From: Actinomycetota bacterium
GTDB lineage: Bacteria; Actinomycetota; Acidimicrobiia; Acidimicrobiales; CADCSY01
Assembly (NCBI GenBank): GCA_019348495.1
Contig: JAHWJI010000004.1
Span: 1-54,828, forward strand
Direction of reading: 5' to 3'
Length of the DNA stretch: 54,828 bases
Each line of letters opens with the position of its first letter. The stretch's first letter is position 1. Both the position numbers and the translations under genes were made by a program. Below are positions 8,462 through 17,541 of this stretch, piece by piece. The notes under the pieces were generated by a model that worked only from the letters and a program-made list of their open reading frames with translations, had not been told where the DNA came from and made no database searches.

Positions 8462-9712
8462 TCAGCCCTCGGACGTCCAGGGCGCGCGGGGGCGAGGGAC
8501 GTCGAAGCCCACCAGGTCTCCCGAACGACGCTCGAGCGTCAAGCCGCCCTTGCCGTCGAAGGCCAGCGCCAGCTCGCCTCGGACCAGCCGCCGGGCCGGC
8601 CGGCCCACCAGCTGCTCGCGCCACCCCTTGGCCAGGCGGGCCTCGGGGTCGTCGTTGAGGAACGCGGTGAGGTCGTTGCGGGTGGCGAGCAGGGCGGGGT
8701 CGATGGCCAGCTCCCGGCTGAGCTGGCTCACCCAGGCCACCAGCAGGGCCAGCGCCGGTCGTAGCTCACGGTCGAGGTCGTCGCGCCGGGGTTGGACCAG
8801 AGCCGACTCGGGGACCGACCTCCCGGCCTCGACGGCGGTGAGGATCTCGCGACCCTGAGCCCCCCGGGTGTGGCGCTGGTCGACCCCGCGGATGCGGTGC
8901 AGCTGATCGAGGTCCTTGGGGACCTCGCCGGCGATGCCCACCAAAGCCAGGTCGGACAGCACGAAACGCACCGGCTGGTCGGTGGCCGCCGCCCGGCGCT
9001 CCCGCCACGCGGCCAGGGAGTGCACGATCCCCCTCGTCCGGCCCCGCAGGGAACGGCTCTCCTTGAGCCGCAACCAGGCGTCCTCGGGCGCCGGCGGGCC
9101 CCAACGTCGGGTGCGCAGCTCCTCGCACTCGGCCTCGGCCCAGGCCAGGCGCCCGCAGGCCTCCAACTCCGCCCGGAGCAGCTCGGCCAATTCCAAGAGG
9201 TGATCCACGTCGGCGGCGGCGTAGCGCTGCTGTTCGAGGTCCAGGGGCCGGCGCATCCAGTCGGTGAGGCGGCTGGCCTTGGGGAGGTCGACGCCGAGGA
9301 TCCGGCTGGCCAGCGAGGCCAGCGACGGTGTGGAGAAACCCAGGAAACCAGCGGCGAGCTGGGTGTCGAACAACCGCGAGGGCACGGCCCCGCAGCCTCG
9401 CTCCAGCACCTCCAGGTCCTGGCTGGCGGCGTGCATGACGGCCAGGCCGGGGCCCTCGAGCACGCGGCGCAGGGGGGTGATGTCGACAGCCAGCGGGTCG
9501 ACCAGCACCGTGCCACCGGCCCAGGCGATCTGCACCAGCGCCAGCCGGGGGTAGTAGGAGCGCTCCCGATGGAACTCGGTGTCGACCGCGTAGGCCGGGG
9601 CGTCGGCCAGGGCGGCCACCACCTCGGCCAACCCGTCGTCGTCGTCGATCACTCGAGCGGGGGCCGACGCCTCCTCGCCGCCGGCCCCCGGAGGCTGAGG
9701 GCTGGAGGGCAC
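8462..9712 (-). CDS. rnd: Ribonuclease D with HRDC domain
   Basis: AVDTEF, HAASQDLE, FDTQLAA, YAAADV and WRE..A HRDC motifs. Start uncertain (9712 or 9652). Confidence 0.9.
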   Translation of the reverse strand: MPSSPQPPGAGGEEASAPARVIDDDDGLAEVVAALADAPAYAVDTEFHRERSYYPRLALVQIAWAGGTVLVDPLAVDITPLRRVLEGPGLAVMHAASQDLEVLERGCGAVPSRLFDTQLAAGFLGFSTPSLASLASRILGVDLPKASRLTDWMRRPLDLEQQRYAAADVDHLLELAELLRAELEACGRLAWAEAECEELRTRRWGPPAPEDAWLRLKESRSLRGRTRGIVHSLAAWRERRAAATDQPVRFVLSDLALVGIAGEVPKDLDQLHRIRGVDQRHTRGAQGREILTAVEAGRSVPESALVQPRRDDLDRELRPALALLVAWVSQLSRELAIDPALLATRNDLTAFLNDDPEARLAKGWREQLVGRPARRLVRGELALAFDGKGGLTLERRSGDLVGFDVPRPRAPWTSEG

Positions 9713-9720
9713 TGACCGTC

Positions 9721-10053
9721 TCAGCCTGGCTCCGTGCCCGACACCACCGGGTTGCCCGCCTCTGCCCACCCCTGGGTGCCGCCGGCCACGTTCACCGCCC
9801 GGTAGCCGGCGCCGTTGAGGGCCTCGGTGGCCACGGCGCTGCGACCGCCGCCGCGGCAGACGACGTAGACGTCCTCGTCGTGGGGCACCTCGGTGTGGCG
9901 GGTGGAGAGCTGGTCGAGGGGGATGAGGTGGGCGCCGGGGACATGGCCCGCCTCGTACTCGTCGGGCTGGCGGACGTCGAGCACCCAGGCGCCCTCGGCC
10001 CGGACCTCGGCCAGCCGATCGACGTCGACCTCGGGCACGGTGGTCTCGCTCAT
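9721..10053 (-). CDS. Single-domain rhodanese-like sulfurtransferase
   Basis: LDVRQPDEYEAGHVPGA, active-site CRGGGRS, VAGG..GW. Confidence 0.9.
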   Translation of the reverse strand: MSETTVPEVDVDRLAEVRAEGAWVLDVRQPDEYEAGHVPGAHLIPLDQLSTRHTEVPHDEDVYVVCRGGGRSAVATEALNGAGYRAVNVAGGTQGWAEAGNPVVSGTEPG

Positions 10054-10670
10054 GGTCCCCCAGTCTGACGGATGTCGGCGGCGTTCGACCAACCGTGTCG
10101 CTCGAGATCACCCGGGGTGTCCACGTCGGCCACGGCTCGCGGCGAGATCCCGGCCACGGTCACGACCACCAGAGCCTCCAGCATCCGGTGCACCGCCCGC
10201 TCGCCCCGGTCGAACGCAGCCTCGACCGAGGGAAGGGCCGAGCGCCGCCAGGCGGCGTGGAGGGGCTGGCGCCGCCCGGCGCCGAGCACCGGGACGGCGA
10301 CGTCGGCGTGGGCCGCGGCGGCCAGGGCGGCGAGCACGAGGCCGACGGCACCGGCTTCGGCGCCGGGCACGTCACAGGCCAGGATCACCACCACCTCGTG
10401 GGGGGCCCGGGCGAGGGCGGTCATCACCGCCCCGAGTGGCCCCTCGCCCGGGTGGTCGTCGGCCACCGGCTCCAGTCCGAGGCGCCGGAGCGCCGAGCCG
10501 TCGCCGCCGATCCCGAGCACGGGCCCGTCGGCGCCGGCCTCGACGAGGGCGGCGGCGGCGATGGCGGCCAGCGGCCGCCCGTCGAGCTCGATCAGGGCCT
10601 TGTCGCGACCCATGCGCCGACTGGCTCCGCCGGCCAGCACGGCGCCGGTGAAAGGTGGGAGCGTCGTCAT
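10050..10670 (-). CDS. mobA: Molybdenum cofactor guanylyltransferase
   Basis: LAGGASRRMGRDKA, GPLGA, LACDVP and DVDTPGDL motifs. Confidence 0.88.
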   Translation of the reverse strand: MTTLPPFTGAVLAGGASRRMGRDKALIELDGRPLAAIAAAALVEAGADGPVLGIGGDGSALRRLGLEPVADDHPGEGPLGAVMTALARAPHEVVVILACDVPGAEAGAVGLVLAALAAAAHADVAVPVLGAGRRQPLHAAWRRSALPSVEAAFDRGERAVHRMLEALVVVTVAGISPRAVADVDTPGDLERHGWSNAADIRQTGGP

Positions 10671-10683
10671 GGCGGCCGGGGCA

Positions 10684-11058
10684 CTACTCCAGCAGCGCTC
10701 GCCCCACCTGATGGCCGACGGCGGCGGCGGTGAGACCCAGCGCCAGGGAGACCGCCACGTAGGTGAGGGCCACACCCATGCGACCCTCGTTCGAGAGGGT
10801 CAGCGCTTCGAAGGTGAACGTGGAGAAGGTGGTGAAGGCGCCGAGGAAGCCCACGGTCAGAGCGGACAGCACCTCCGGCGACAGGCGTGTGGTACCCCAC
10901 GCCACCAGGACGCCCAGGGCGAACGAGCCCACGACGTTGACCGCCAGCGTCGCCAGCGGGAACGACCGGGGACCGACCACGGTGTTGACACCGGCCCGGC
11001 ACAGGGCCCCGGCGGCGCCGGCCACGGCGATCATGGCGATCAGGGCCACGCGGGACAC
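10684..11058 (-). CDS. crcB: Fluoride efflux channel Fluc/CrcB
   Basis: Four TM segments, TLAVNVVGSF and GFLGAFTTFSTF signature. Confidence 0.93.
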   Translation of the reverse strand: MSRVALIAMIAVAGAAGALCRAGVNTVVGPRSFPLATLAVNVVGSFALGVLVAWGTTRLSPEVLSALTVGFLGAFTTFSTFTFEALTLSNEGRMGVALTYVAVSLALGLTAAAVGHQVGRALLE

Positions 11059-11062
11059 TGGA

Positions 11063-11623
11063 TCAACCGCCGTAGTTCATGCGCGTGTCCTCCATGCGCA
11101 GCACCTCGGTGTCCTCGGCGGACTGGAACCCGGCATCGACCACCTCGCCCACGAAGAAGCTGTGGTTGCCGGCGTCGACGACCTGGCGGAGCTCGCAGTC
11201 GAGGTAGCCGGGCGCTTGGTCGAGGATCGGCGCCCCGCTGGCGCCGTGGTGGAAGGCGAAGCCGTTGAGCGTCATGGCCTCGGGGTCGACCTCGACGGGC
11301 TTGGTGAACTTGCGGACGATGGCTCGGTCGTCTCGGGCCACCGTGCACAGACTGAACACCCGGCCCTCGCTGATGAGCTCATGGGTGAGCGCCGACTTCT
11401 CCACGCCGATGCCCACGAGCTTGGGCTCGAACGACAGCTGCGTGGCCCAGTTCAAGGTCATGGCGTTGCGCCGCTCACCGGCCCGGCTGCCCACCACATA
11501 CAGGCCGTAGGGCAGGGTCCACAGCACCCGGCGGCGGAGCTTGTCGTACTCCTCGCGCTGCTCGTCGGTTTCCACCCCCGGGGGGAAGGGGCCAATGGGT
11601 CCGGTTCCACCTGGCGCAGCCAT
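11063..11623 (-). CDS. Flavin reductase-like protein
   Basis: PYGLYVV, QLSFEPKL, GAPIL, LDCEL and GNHSFFVGEV motifs. Confidence 0.87.
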   Translation of the reverse strand: MAAPGGTGPIGPFPPGVETDEQREEYDKLRRRVLWTLPYGLYVVGSRAGERRNAMTLNWATQLSFEPKLVGIGVEKSALTHELISEGRVFSLCTVARDDRAIVRKFTKPVEVDPEAMTLNGFAFHHGASGAPILDQAPGYLDCELRQVVDAGNHSFFVGEVVDAGFQSAEDTEVLRMEDTRMNYGG

Positions 11624-11811
11624 GCCGGCGACCCTAGCCAGGCGGCCAGAGTGGGCGTGGCGCCCCGATCTTCTCTGTCGACAAGCGGGAGCGCTGACCC
11701 TCCGCTCGCCAGCGCGCCTTGAAGCGGCGTTGGTGCGGCAGAGGGGTTCTCTGGTTTCGGAGTTGGTCGAGCCAGCGCCTCAGCAATTGCCAGAGGACGG
11801 GAGGGAACAAG

Positions 11812-11940
11812 GTGAGCAACCAGGAACAGACCGGGGGGATGCCCGGCGAAGAGCTGCCGGCGGACCGGGGCAAGCCGTTGGAGGAGCTGGAGGGCGAGGA
11901 CCACCAAGCCTCTACGGCGATCCTGTGCGGTGGGATGTGA
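11812..11940 (+). CDS. 42-aa peptide of unknown function, RiPP-precursor-like
   Basis: Strong SD (GGGAGGG) before GTG. Sequence MSNQEQTGGMPGEELPADRGKPLEELEGEDHQASTAILCGGM. Confidence 0.45.
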   Translation: MSNQEQTGGMPGEELPADRGKPLEELEGEDHQASTAILCGGM

Positions 11941-11954
11941 GTCCGTAAGGGACG

Positions 11955-12440
11955 CGGCCGCCGCTGGTCGAGCCGCTGCAGACCGCCGTGGTGCGCTGCC
12001 AGAAGGTGCGCCAGGTCTACGCCGGCCGGTCGTCCGCGACGGCGGCCCGACCGAGTGGCACTTCGACCCCTGGGGCCTGGTCGACAAGGACGGACCCTGG
12101 TACGTGGTCGCCGGGACCGACCGTGGGCAGCGCACGTTCCGGCTGGACCGGATCGTCGAGGCCGAGGCGACCGAGCTACCCGCCAGCCGCCCGGCGGAGT
12201 CGAACTGGCCGACGCTTGGCAGCGAGTCTCGACGAGGTGGAGCACCGGCTCCCGGGCGCCGGCGACCGTGCTGGTCGCTCCCGGGCTGGTCCCCGCGCTG
12301 CAGGCCAGTTTCGGGCGCTGTGCCGATGTCGTCAGCGAGGAGCCCGACGGGCGACTCCGGGCCCGGGTAGCCGCCCAGTCGAACACCGCGGTCGCTGAGC
12401 AATCAGCCGGCTGGGCAACGATGGTCGAGGTGGTGGGGAA
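11955..12440 (+). pseudogene. Decayed WYL/WCX-domain (YafY/PafBC-like) regulator fragment
   Basis: Pieces PLQTAVVR..KVR.VY, DPWGLVDKDGPWYVVAG..GQRTFRLDRI, ELADAWQRV, DEVEHR and AGWATMVEVV lie in three different frames. No N-terminal HTH is present. Confidence 0.75.
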
Positions 12441-12466
12441 GGGTCCGTCACCCACTGCTGAACGCA

Positions 12467-12507
12467 GCCCCAGCGAAGAGCGCGAAAGGAAGTAGCTTCG
12501 CCGGGGC
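12467..12507 (-). terminator. Stem-loop, probable terminator below the PP2C/zinc-ribbon genes
   Basis: GCCCCAGCGAAG...CTTCGCCGGGGC, a 12-bp stem whose single mismatch is a G-U pair on the minus strand, 17 nt after the stop at 12525. Confidence 0.45.
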
Positions 12508-12524
12508 GAGCCCGAGAGAGCCCC

Positions 12525-12737
12525 TCACAGGCGGCCGACGAGCCAGGCCAGGAGCTGTATCGCCCGCCAGCCCAGGTAGGCGAGCACGGCGACCATCAGG
12601 AGCTTGAAGTGCCAGGGCGCGGCGGGGTGCTCGTCGCTTGCGGGCCGGGCCAGGATCGTCCCGCAGTTGGGGCAGTCGTCCTGGCCGGCCACGGCATCGA
12701 CCGTCCAGAAGCGGTCGCAGGCGTCGCACCAGGGCAT
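12525..12737 (-). CDS. Small zinc-ribbon protein with C-terminal TM helix (70 aa)
   Basis: MPWCDACDRFW...CPNCG (two CxxC), then PWHFKLL and a hydrophobic tail. TAGCCT lies 7 nt upstream of the ATG. Confidence 0.75.
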   Translation of the reverse strand: MPWCDACDRFWTVDAVAGQDDCPNCGTILARPASDEHPAAPWHFKLLMVAVLAYLGWRAIQLLAWLVGRL

Positions 12738-12792
12738 CCCCGCCAGGCTATGGGTGGCCGGCGGGCCGGCGCCCGGAACGACCCGGCGGCGA

Positions 12793-13875
12793 CTACACCC
12801 GGCGAATGGCCAGGATGGCGATGTCGTCGGTGACCGGAGTGGTGGCGAAGTCGGCGGCGGCCTCGGCCAGGGTCTTGCACAACACGTCGGGGTCGACGTC
12901 GGGATCGCGCCGGAGGTGGGCGGCGATGCGCTCCTCACCGAAGAGCTGCTCTCCGTTGCGGGCCTCGGCCAGACCGTCGGTGTACATCACCACCAGGTCG
13001 CCGCGCTGCAGGGAGATCTCCCGACTCGTGTAGCTGCCCGTGGGCTGGAGCGAGATCAGAGGGCCCGTGGCCCGCAGCGGGCGAACCTCACCGTCTTGCC
13101 AGTAGAAGCTGGGCGGGTGCCCGGCCGAGGCATAGCGCAACGTGCCCGCCTCGGTGTCGAACACCACCACGCACATGGAGATGAACTCCTCGCCCCGGTC
13201 CATCCCCGAGATCTGGCGATTGAGCTCCTCCAGGGCCTGGGCCGGGTCCCGGAACTGCCGCAGGAAGACCCGGAGCAGGTGCTTGGCCTGGAAGGCGCTG
13301 ATCGAGGGCTCGATGCCATGGCCGGCCACGTCGCCGATCACCGCCGCCACCCGGGTGGGCGCCACCCGGAAGACGTCGTAGAAGTCGCCGGCCATCATGC
13401 CGGTGCCGGCCTGGTAGACGCTGCCCAGCTCGAACCCGGCGAACTCGGGGACGTCCTCGGGGGCCAGGCGGGCGGCCCAGCGCTTGGGCGCCAGCGCCTC
13501 CTGGGTGAGCACCTCCTGGGCCCGCTGCTCGAGCTGGCTGCGGCTCTCGGTGAGGCGGGCGTGGCTGAGCAGTTGCTGGGAGTAGCGCAGCGAGAGGGCG
13601 ACGGGTAGGAGCAGGATCACGCTGACCAGGTCGGACCAGCCCGATCTGGAGACGGCGCCGGCCAGGGTGGCCAGGGCCACGGCGGCGTAGAGGATGGTGC
13701 AGTGGGTGTCCTTGAGCAGCGCGGCCCGGGCCACCTGGGCCGCCTCGGAGTGGGCGCCCGAGCTGGCGTCGATGCGGCGCGTCACCCGGATCAGGCGCCG
13801 GGCCGAGCGGCCCCACACGGAAGCGGCCAACACGGCAGCCACGGCGACGATCCCGAGGATCGGGCGCTCGATCAT
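12793..13875 (-). CDS. Membrane-anchored PP2C/SpoIIE-family Ser/Thr phosphatase
   Basis: N-terminal TM helices, then GDFYD, GDVAGHG, AGHP, YTDGL and DDIA motifs. Confidence 0.9.
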   Translation of the reverse strand: MIERPILGIVAVAAVLAASVWGRSARRLIRVTRRIDASSGAHSEAAQVARAALLKDTHCTILYAAVALATLAGAVSRSGWSDLVSVILLLPVALSLRYSQQLLSHARLTESRSQLEQRAQEVLTQEALAPKRWAARLAPEDVPEFAGFELGSVYQAGTGMMAGDFYDVFRVAPTRVAAVIGDVAGHGIEPSISAFQAKHLLRVFLRQFRDPAQALEELNRQISGMDRGEEFISMCVVVFDTEAGTLRYASAGHPPSFYWQDGEVRPLRATGPLISLQPTGSYTSREISLQRGDLVVMYTDGLAEARNGEQLFGEERIAAHLRRDPDVDPDVLCKTLAEAAADFATTPVTDDIAILAIRRV

Positions 13876-13948
13876 GATCGTGGCGAGCGTATACCCAGGC
13901 GTCACCACGGTGACACGGCCGGCACCGTGGGTGCCGACCTCAGGTCCC

Positions 13949-15265
13949 TCACCGGCGCCGAACCCGCAGCTTGAGCGGCGTGTTGCCCAGCTGGAAGTGC
14001 TCCCGGATCGAGCGCTCCAGGTAGCGCAGGTAGGTGGGGGCCAGCTCCCGGTTGGTGAAGAGGGTGAAGGTGGGCGGCTCGGTGGCCCCCTGCGTGGCGT
14101 AGAGGACCCTGCCGGCGGGCGAGGGATGGGCCACCTGCGCCGCCTGCACCACCTGGTTGAGCTCTCGGGTGGGCACCCGGCGGCGGTAGGCGTCCACGGC
14201 CTGGCCCAGGGCCGGCACCAACTTGTGTATGGACCTGCCGGTCAGGGCGCTGCCCTTGATCACCGGTGAGGTGGCCAGGAAGTGGAGTCGATCGGCCACC
14301 TGGGCGCTGACGTCGGCCCGGGCCTCGGCATCGAGGGTCTCCCACTTGTTCATGAGGATGACGGTGGGGCACCCGGCGGCGTCGATGCGCTCGGCCAGGC
14401 GCTGGTCCTGATGGGTCACCCCTTCGCCGGCGTCGATGACGAGCACGGCCAGATCGGCGCTGTCGACGGCCTGAAGGGCCCGCACCAACGAGTAGTACTC
14501 AGTGCCCCGGTCGATGCGCGAGCGCCGCCGCATCCCGGCCGTGTCGATGAACCGCAACCGGCCCTCGGGGGTCTCGATCTCGGTGTCGATGCTGTCGCGC
14601 GTCGTGCCCGGCAGGTCGTGGACCACGGCGCGTTCGTCGCCGATCAGGCGGTTGAACAACGTGGACTTGCCCACGTTGGGACGGCCCACGATGGCCACCC
14701 CGGGGACACGCTCCTCGGCGGACGGATCCTCCCCACCAGGCGCACCGGCGGGCTCCTCGGCTCCCTCCGGAGGTAGCCGGGCCACCACCTCGTCGAGCAG
14801 GTCGCCGGTGCCCCGCCCGTGCAGGGCGCTCACCGGCCACGGATCGCCCAGACCCAGGCGGACGAACTCCCAGACGTCGGGCTCACGGGTCTCGCCGTCG
14901 ACCTTGTTGACCACCACCAGCACGGGGACACCGCCGCAGCGCACCCGGTTGGCCACCCGGGTGTCCTCGGGGGTCAGGCCCACGGTCACGTCGACCACCA
15001 GCAGCACCACGTCGGCCGATCTCCACGCCCGCTCGGCCTGAGCGCTGACCTGGGCGTCGAGGCTCCCGCCACTGGCCGACCACCCCCCGGTGTCCACCAC
15101 CATGAAGCCACGCCCGCACCAGTCGGCTTGCACCGACTTGCGGTCGCGCGTGACCCCGGGGCGCTCCTCGACGATCGCCTCGCGGCGCCCGACGATGCGG
15201 TTGAGCAGCGTGGACTTGCCCACGTTGGGACGGCCCACCACGGCCACGGTGGGCAGGGCGGTCAT
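13949..15265 (-). CDS. der: Ribosome biogenesis GTPase Der/EngA
   Basis: Two tandem GRPNVGKSTL G domains with DTGG/DTAG and NKVD/NKWE, plus a KH-like C-terminus. Confidence 0.97.
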   Translation of the reverse strand: MTALPTVAVVGRPNVGKSTLLNRIVGRREAIVEERPGVTRDRKSVQADWCGRGFMVVDTGGWSASGGSLDAQVSAQAERAWRSADVVLLVVDVTVGLTPEDTRVANRVRCGGVPVLVVVNKVDGETREPDVWEFVRLGLGDPWPVSALHGRGTGDLLDEVVARLPPEGAEEPAGAPGGEDPSAEERVPGVAIVGRPNVGKSTLFNRLIGDERAVVHDLPGTTRDSIDTEIETPEGRLRFIDTAGMRRRSRIDRGTEYYSLVRALQAVDSADLAVLVIDAGEGVTHQDQRLAERIDAAGCPTVILMNKWETLDAEARADVSAQVADRLHFLATSPVIKGSALTGRSIHKLVPALGQAVDAYRRRVPTRELNQVVQAAQVAHPSPAGRVLYATQGATEPPTFTLFTNRELAPTYLRYLERSIREHFQLGNTPLKLRVRRR

Positions 15266-16692
15266 CTCCGGGGCCCGCACACGGCCTCGGAGCGCACCGC
15301 TTCGGAGCCCACGACCCGGGCGTCGAGTGCCCGACGCAGGGCCAGTCCGTCAGCGGGCACGACCTCGACGGGCCGGGGCAGCTCCGCGGGCGTGGTCCCG
15401 TCGAGGAAGCGACCCTGGGACAGGCACACGTCGGGCAGCAGGTAGCGGTGGTCGACGGGCTCATCGGCCAGCACCCGGGCCAGGTCCTCGCCCACCAGCA
15501 ACCCGGTGACACCGATGTTGCCTCCGAAGAACCGGTTCTCCACGGGGACGACGCGCAGGTCCTCGTGGCCCAGGGCCCCCACGAGCGGCTCGAGCACCCG
15601 GGCCCCGTAGGCACCGGTGAGGATGCCCACCGGACGGCGCCGGCGCCGGGAGGACAGGGCAACCGGGGTCGGCGCCGGCGCCTCCGATGCCACCCGGGGG
15701 GCCCGGTAGCCCTGGGCCGGAGCACCGTCGACCCAGGCGAAGAAGCCGGGTCGGGTGCCCGTGGCCTCCTCCCGACCCCCCAGGAGCTCGGACTCGAAGG
15801 TGCGGGCCATGCCCACGCCGTCCTCGTGCATGGCAAAGCCCTCGTAGGCCTCGGCGGGGGGGAAGGCGCGCCCGGACAACAGGTAGTACTCGTCGGCGGC
15901 GAAGGCCAGGCGCCGGCCCAGCAGCCGCAGGTACACGTCCTGCCAGTCCTCTACGGCGTCCACCACCGCCTGGGCCTCGGCCGGAGTGTGGGCGCGCATG
16001 GCGGCTTCGCCCGACCAGCGGCTCACCCCCAGGGGCACCACGCACAGCGAGGCCAGCTCCGGGTACTCGTCGAGCACCCCGACGAAGGTGTCCTCCAGCA
16101 CCTCCCCGTCGTTGACCCCCGGGCACACCACGACCTGGCCGTGCACGGTCACCCCGTGGTCGAGCAGGGCCCGCAACCAGCGCAGGCTGGTGGCGCCCCG
16201 GCGGTTGCGCAGCATCCGTGAGCGCACCTCGGGATCGGTGGCGTGGATGCTCACGTTGAGGGGGCTCAGGCCCTCGGTGACGATCCGCTCCAGGTCGGAC
16301 TCGGTGAAGCGGGTGAGGGTGGTGAAGTTCCCGTAGAGGAAGCTCAGGCGGTAGTCGTCGTCCTTTTGGTACAGGCTGGGGCGCAGGCCGGGCGGGAGCT
16401 GGTAGATGAAGCAGAACTCGCAGTGGTTGTCACAGGTGCGGACCTGGTCGAACAGCGCCGAGTGGACCTCTGCCCCCAGCGCCGCTCCCGCCGCCTTGGC
16501 CACCACGATGCTGCGGTCGAGCCCGCCCCGGCGCACCTCCAGCTCGGGGTCGGCCTCGTCGACCAGGAGTTGCCACTCGATGACGTCGCGGGGGACCCGT
16601 CCGGCCAGGGAGACGATCTCGTCGCCAGGGTGCAGTCCGGCCCGCTCGGCCGGTGACCCGGGCGCGACGGCGACGATGCGAGGCGGGGTCAC
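15262..16692 (-). CDS. DUF512 PDZ + radical-SAM-like Fe-S protein
   Basis: N-terminal PDZ-like SPAERAGLHPGD, CDNHCEFC (CxxxCxxC), KDDDYRLSFLYGNF, ADEYY and VTGLL motifs. Confidence 0.88.
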   Translation of the reverse strand: MTPPRIVAVAPGSPAERAGLHPGDEIVSLAGRVPRDVIEWQLLVDEADPELEVRRGGLDRSIVVAKAAGAALGAEVHSALFDQVRTCDNHCEFCFIYQLPPGLRPSLYQKDDDYRLSFLYGNFTTLTRFTESDLERIVTEGLSPLNVSIHATDPEVRSRMLRNRRGATSLRWLRALLDHGVTVHGQVVVCPGVNDGEVLEDTFVGVLDEYPELASLCVVPLGVSRWSGEAAMRAHTPAEAQAVVDAVEDWQDVYLRLLGRRLAFAADEYYLLSGRAFPPAEAYEGFAMHEDGVGMARTFESELLGGREEATGTRPGFFAWVDGAPAQGYRAPRVASEAPAPTPVALSSRRRRRPVGILTGAYGARVLEPLVGALGHEDLRVVPVENRFFGGNIGVTGLLVGEDLARVLADEPVDHRYLLPDVCLSQGRFLDGTTPAELPRPVEVVPADGLALRRALDARVVGSEAVRSEAVCGPRR

Positions 16693-16720
16693 CGGTCAAG
16701 GATATGAGGGCACCGCCCGA

Positions 16721-17524
16721 TCAGGGCGTGTCCCACCAGAGGGTGACCGCGTGGCGCAGGGCGGCCCGGCCGTGGCGGCGCAGCAACGACTCGATCTCGG
16801 CGTCACGCTCGTGCCCGAGGCAGAGCTGGCGGCGCACGAAGGGGACCAGGTCGGCCAGGTCCTCCTCACCATCGCCCACCGGCCGCTCGAAGCCCTCCAC
16901 CCCCACCGTGAGGCCCATCTCCTCGAGGACGGCCACGGCGTCGTCGGCGGTGGGCGAGGTGGGCCGCGCCACGCCGTGGAGCTCGAGCCACAGCGGGTTG
17001 GAGCTGGTCTGGGGGTGCTGCGCGGTGAGCTCCAGCACCACCCGGTGTCGGGCGTGAGCAGTGAGGGCGGCGACGAAGGGGACCAGGTCGGCCACGTTGT
17101 AGGCCACGTGGTGGCAGACGACCACGTCGGCCGGTCCCACCTCGGGGGCCACGTCGGGCCAGTCCCCCTCGACCTCTTCGTGGGACACTCCTTGGGCCTC
17201 GGCGGCGCGGGCGAAGCCGTCGAGCATGGCCCGGCTCCGGTCGACGCCCACCAGGCGTGCCGCCGGCGGGGCGAGGGGCAGGCTGGCGGCCCCTCCGCCC
17301 ACACCCACGTCGAGCACCTCCCCCCCGTCGGCCAGTGCCTGCACCGCCCGTCGCCGGGAGGGGCTCGGCGGGCTGGCCAGGGCCCGCGCCGCCGCCCGGG
17401 CGAACAGCGCCTGGGGGAACGACCACGGCGATTCCGGGGCGGCGGCCAGGATCTCGCCGGGGATGGCCCAGGCCTCGAGCGCTTCGGCCCACCGCCTCGC
17501 CGCCGGGGTCGTGGCCGCCACCAT
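16721..17524 (-). CDS. Class I SAM-dependent methyltransferase
   Basis: VLDVGVGGG motif I, GVD motif II, DVVVCHHV. Confidence 0.85.
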   Translation of the reverse strand: MVAATTPAARRWAEALEAWAIPGEILAAAPESPWSFPQALFARAAARALASPPSPSRRRAVQALADGGEVLDVGVGGGAASLPLAPPAARLVGVDRSRAMLDGFARAAEAQGVSHEEVEGDWPDVAPEVGPADVVVCHHVAYNVADLVPFVAALTAHARHRVVLELTAQHPQTSSNPLWLELHGVARPTSPTADDAVAVLEEMGLTVGVEGFERPVGDGEEDLADLVPFVRRQLCLGHERDAEIESLLRRHGRAALRHAVTLWWDTP

Positions 17525-17529
17525 GGCGG

Positions 17530-17536
17530 TACCGTA
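17530..17536. promoter_or_regulatory. Bidirectional -10 element for the methyltransferase gene and ispH
   Basis: TACCGTA reads TACCGT on plus and TACGGT on minus, each 6 nt from a start codon. Confidence 0.65.
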
Positions 17537-17541
17537 GATGG

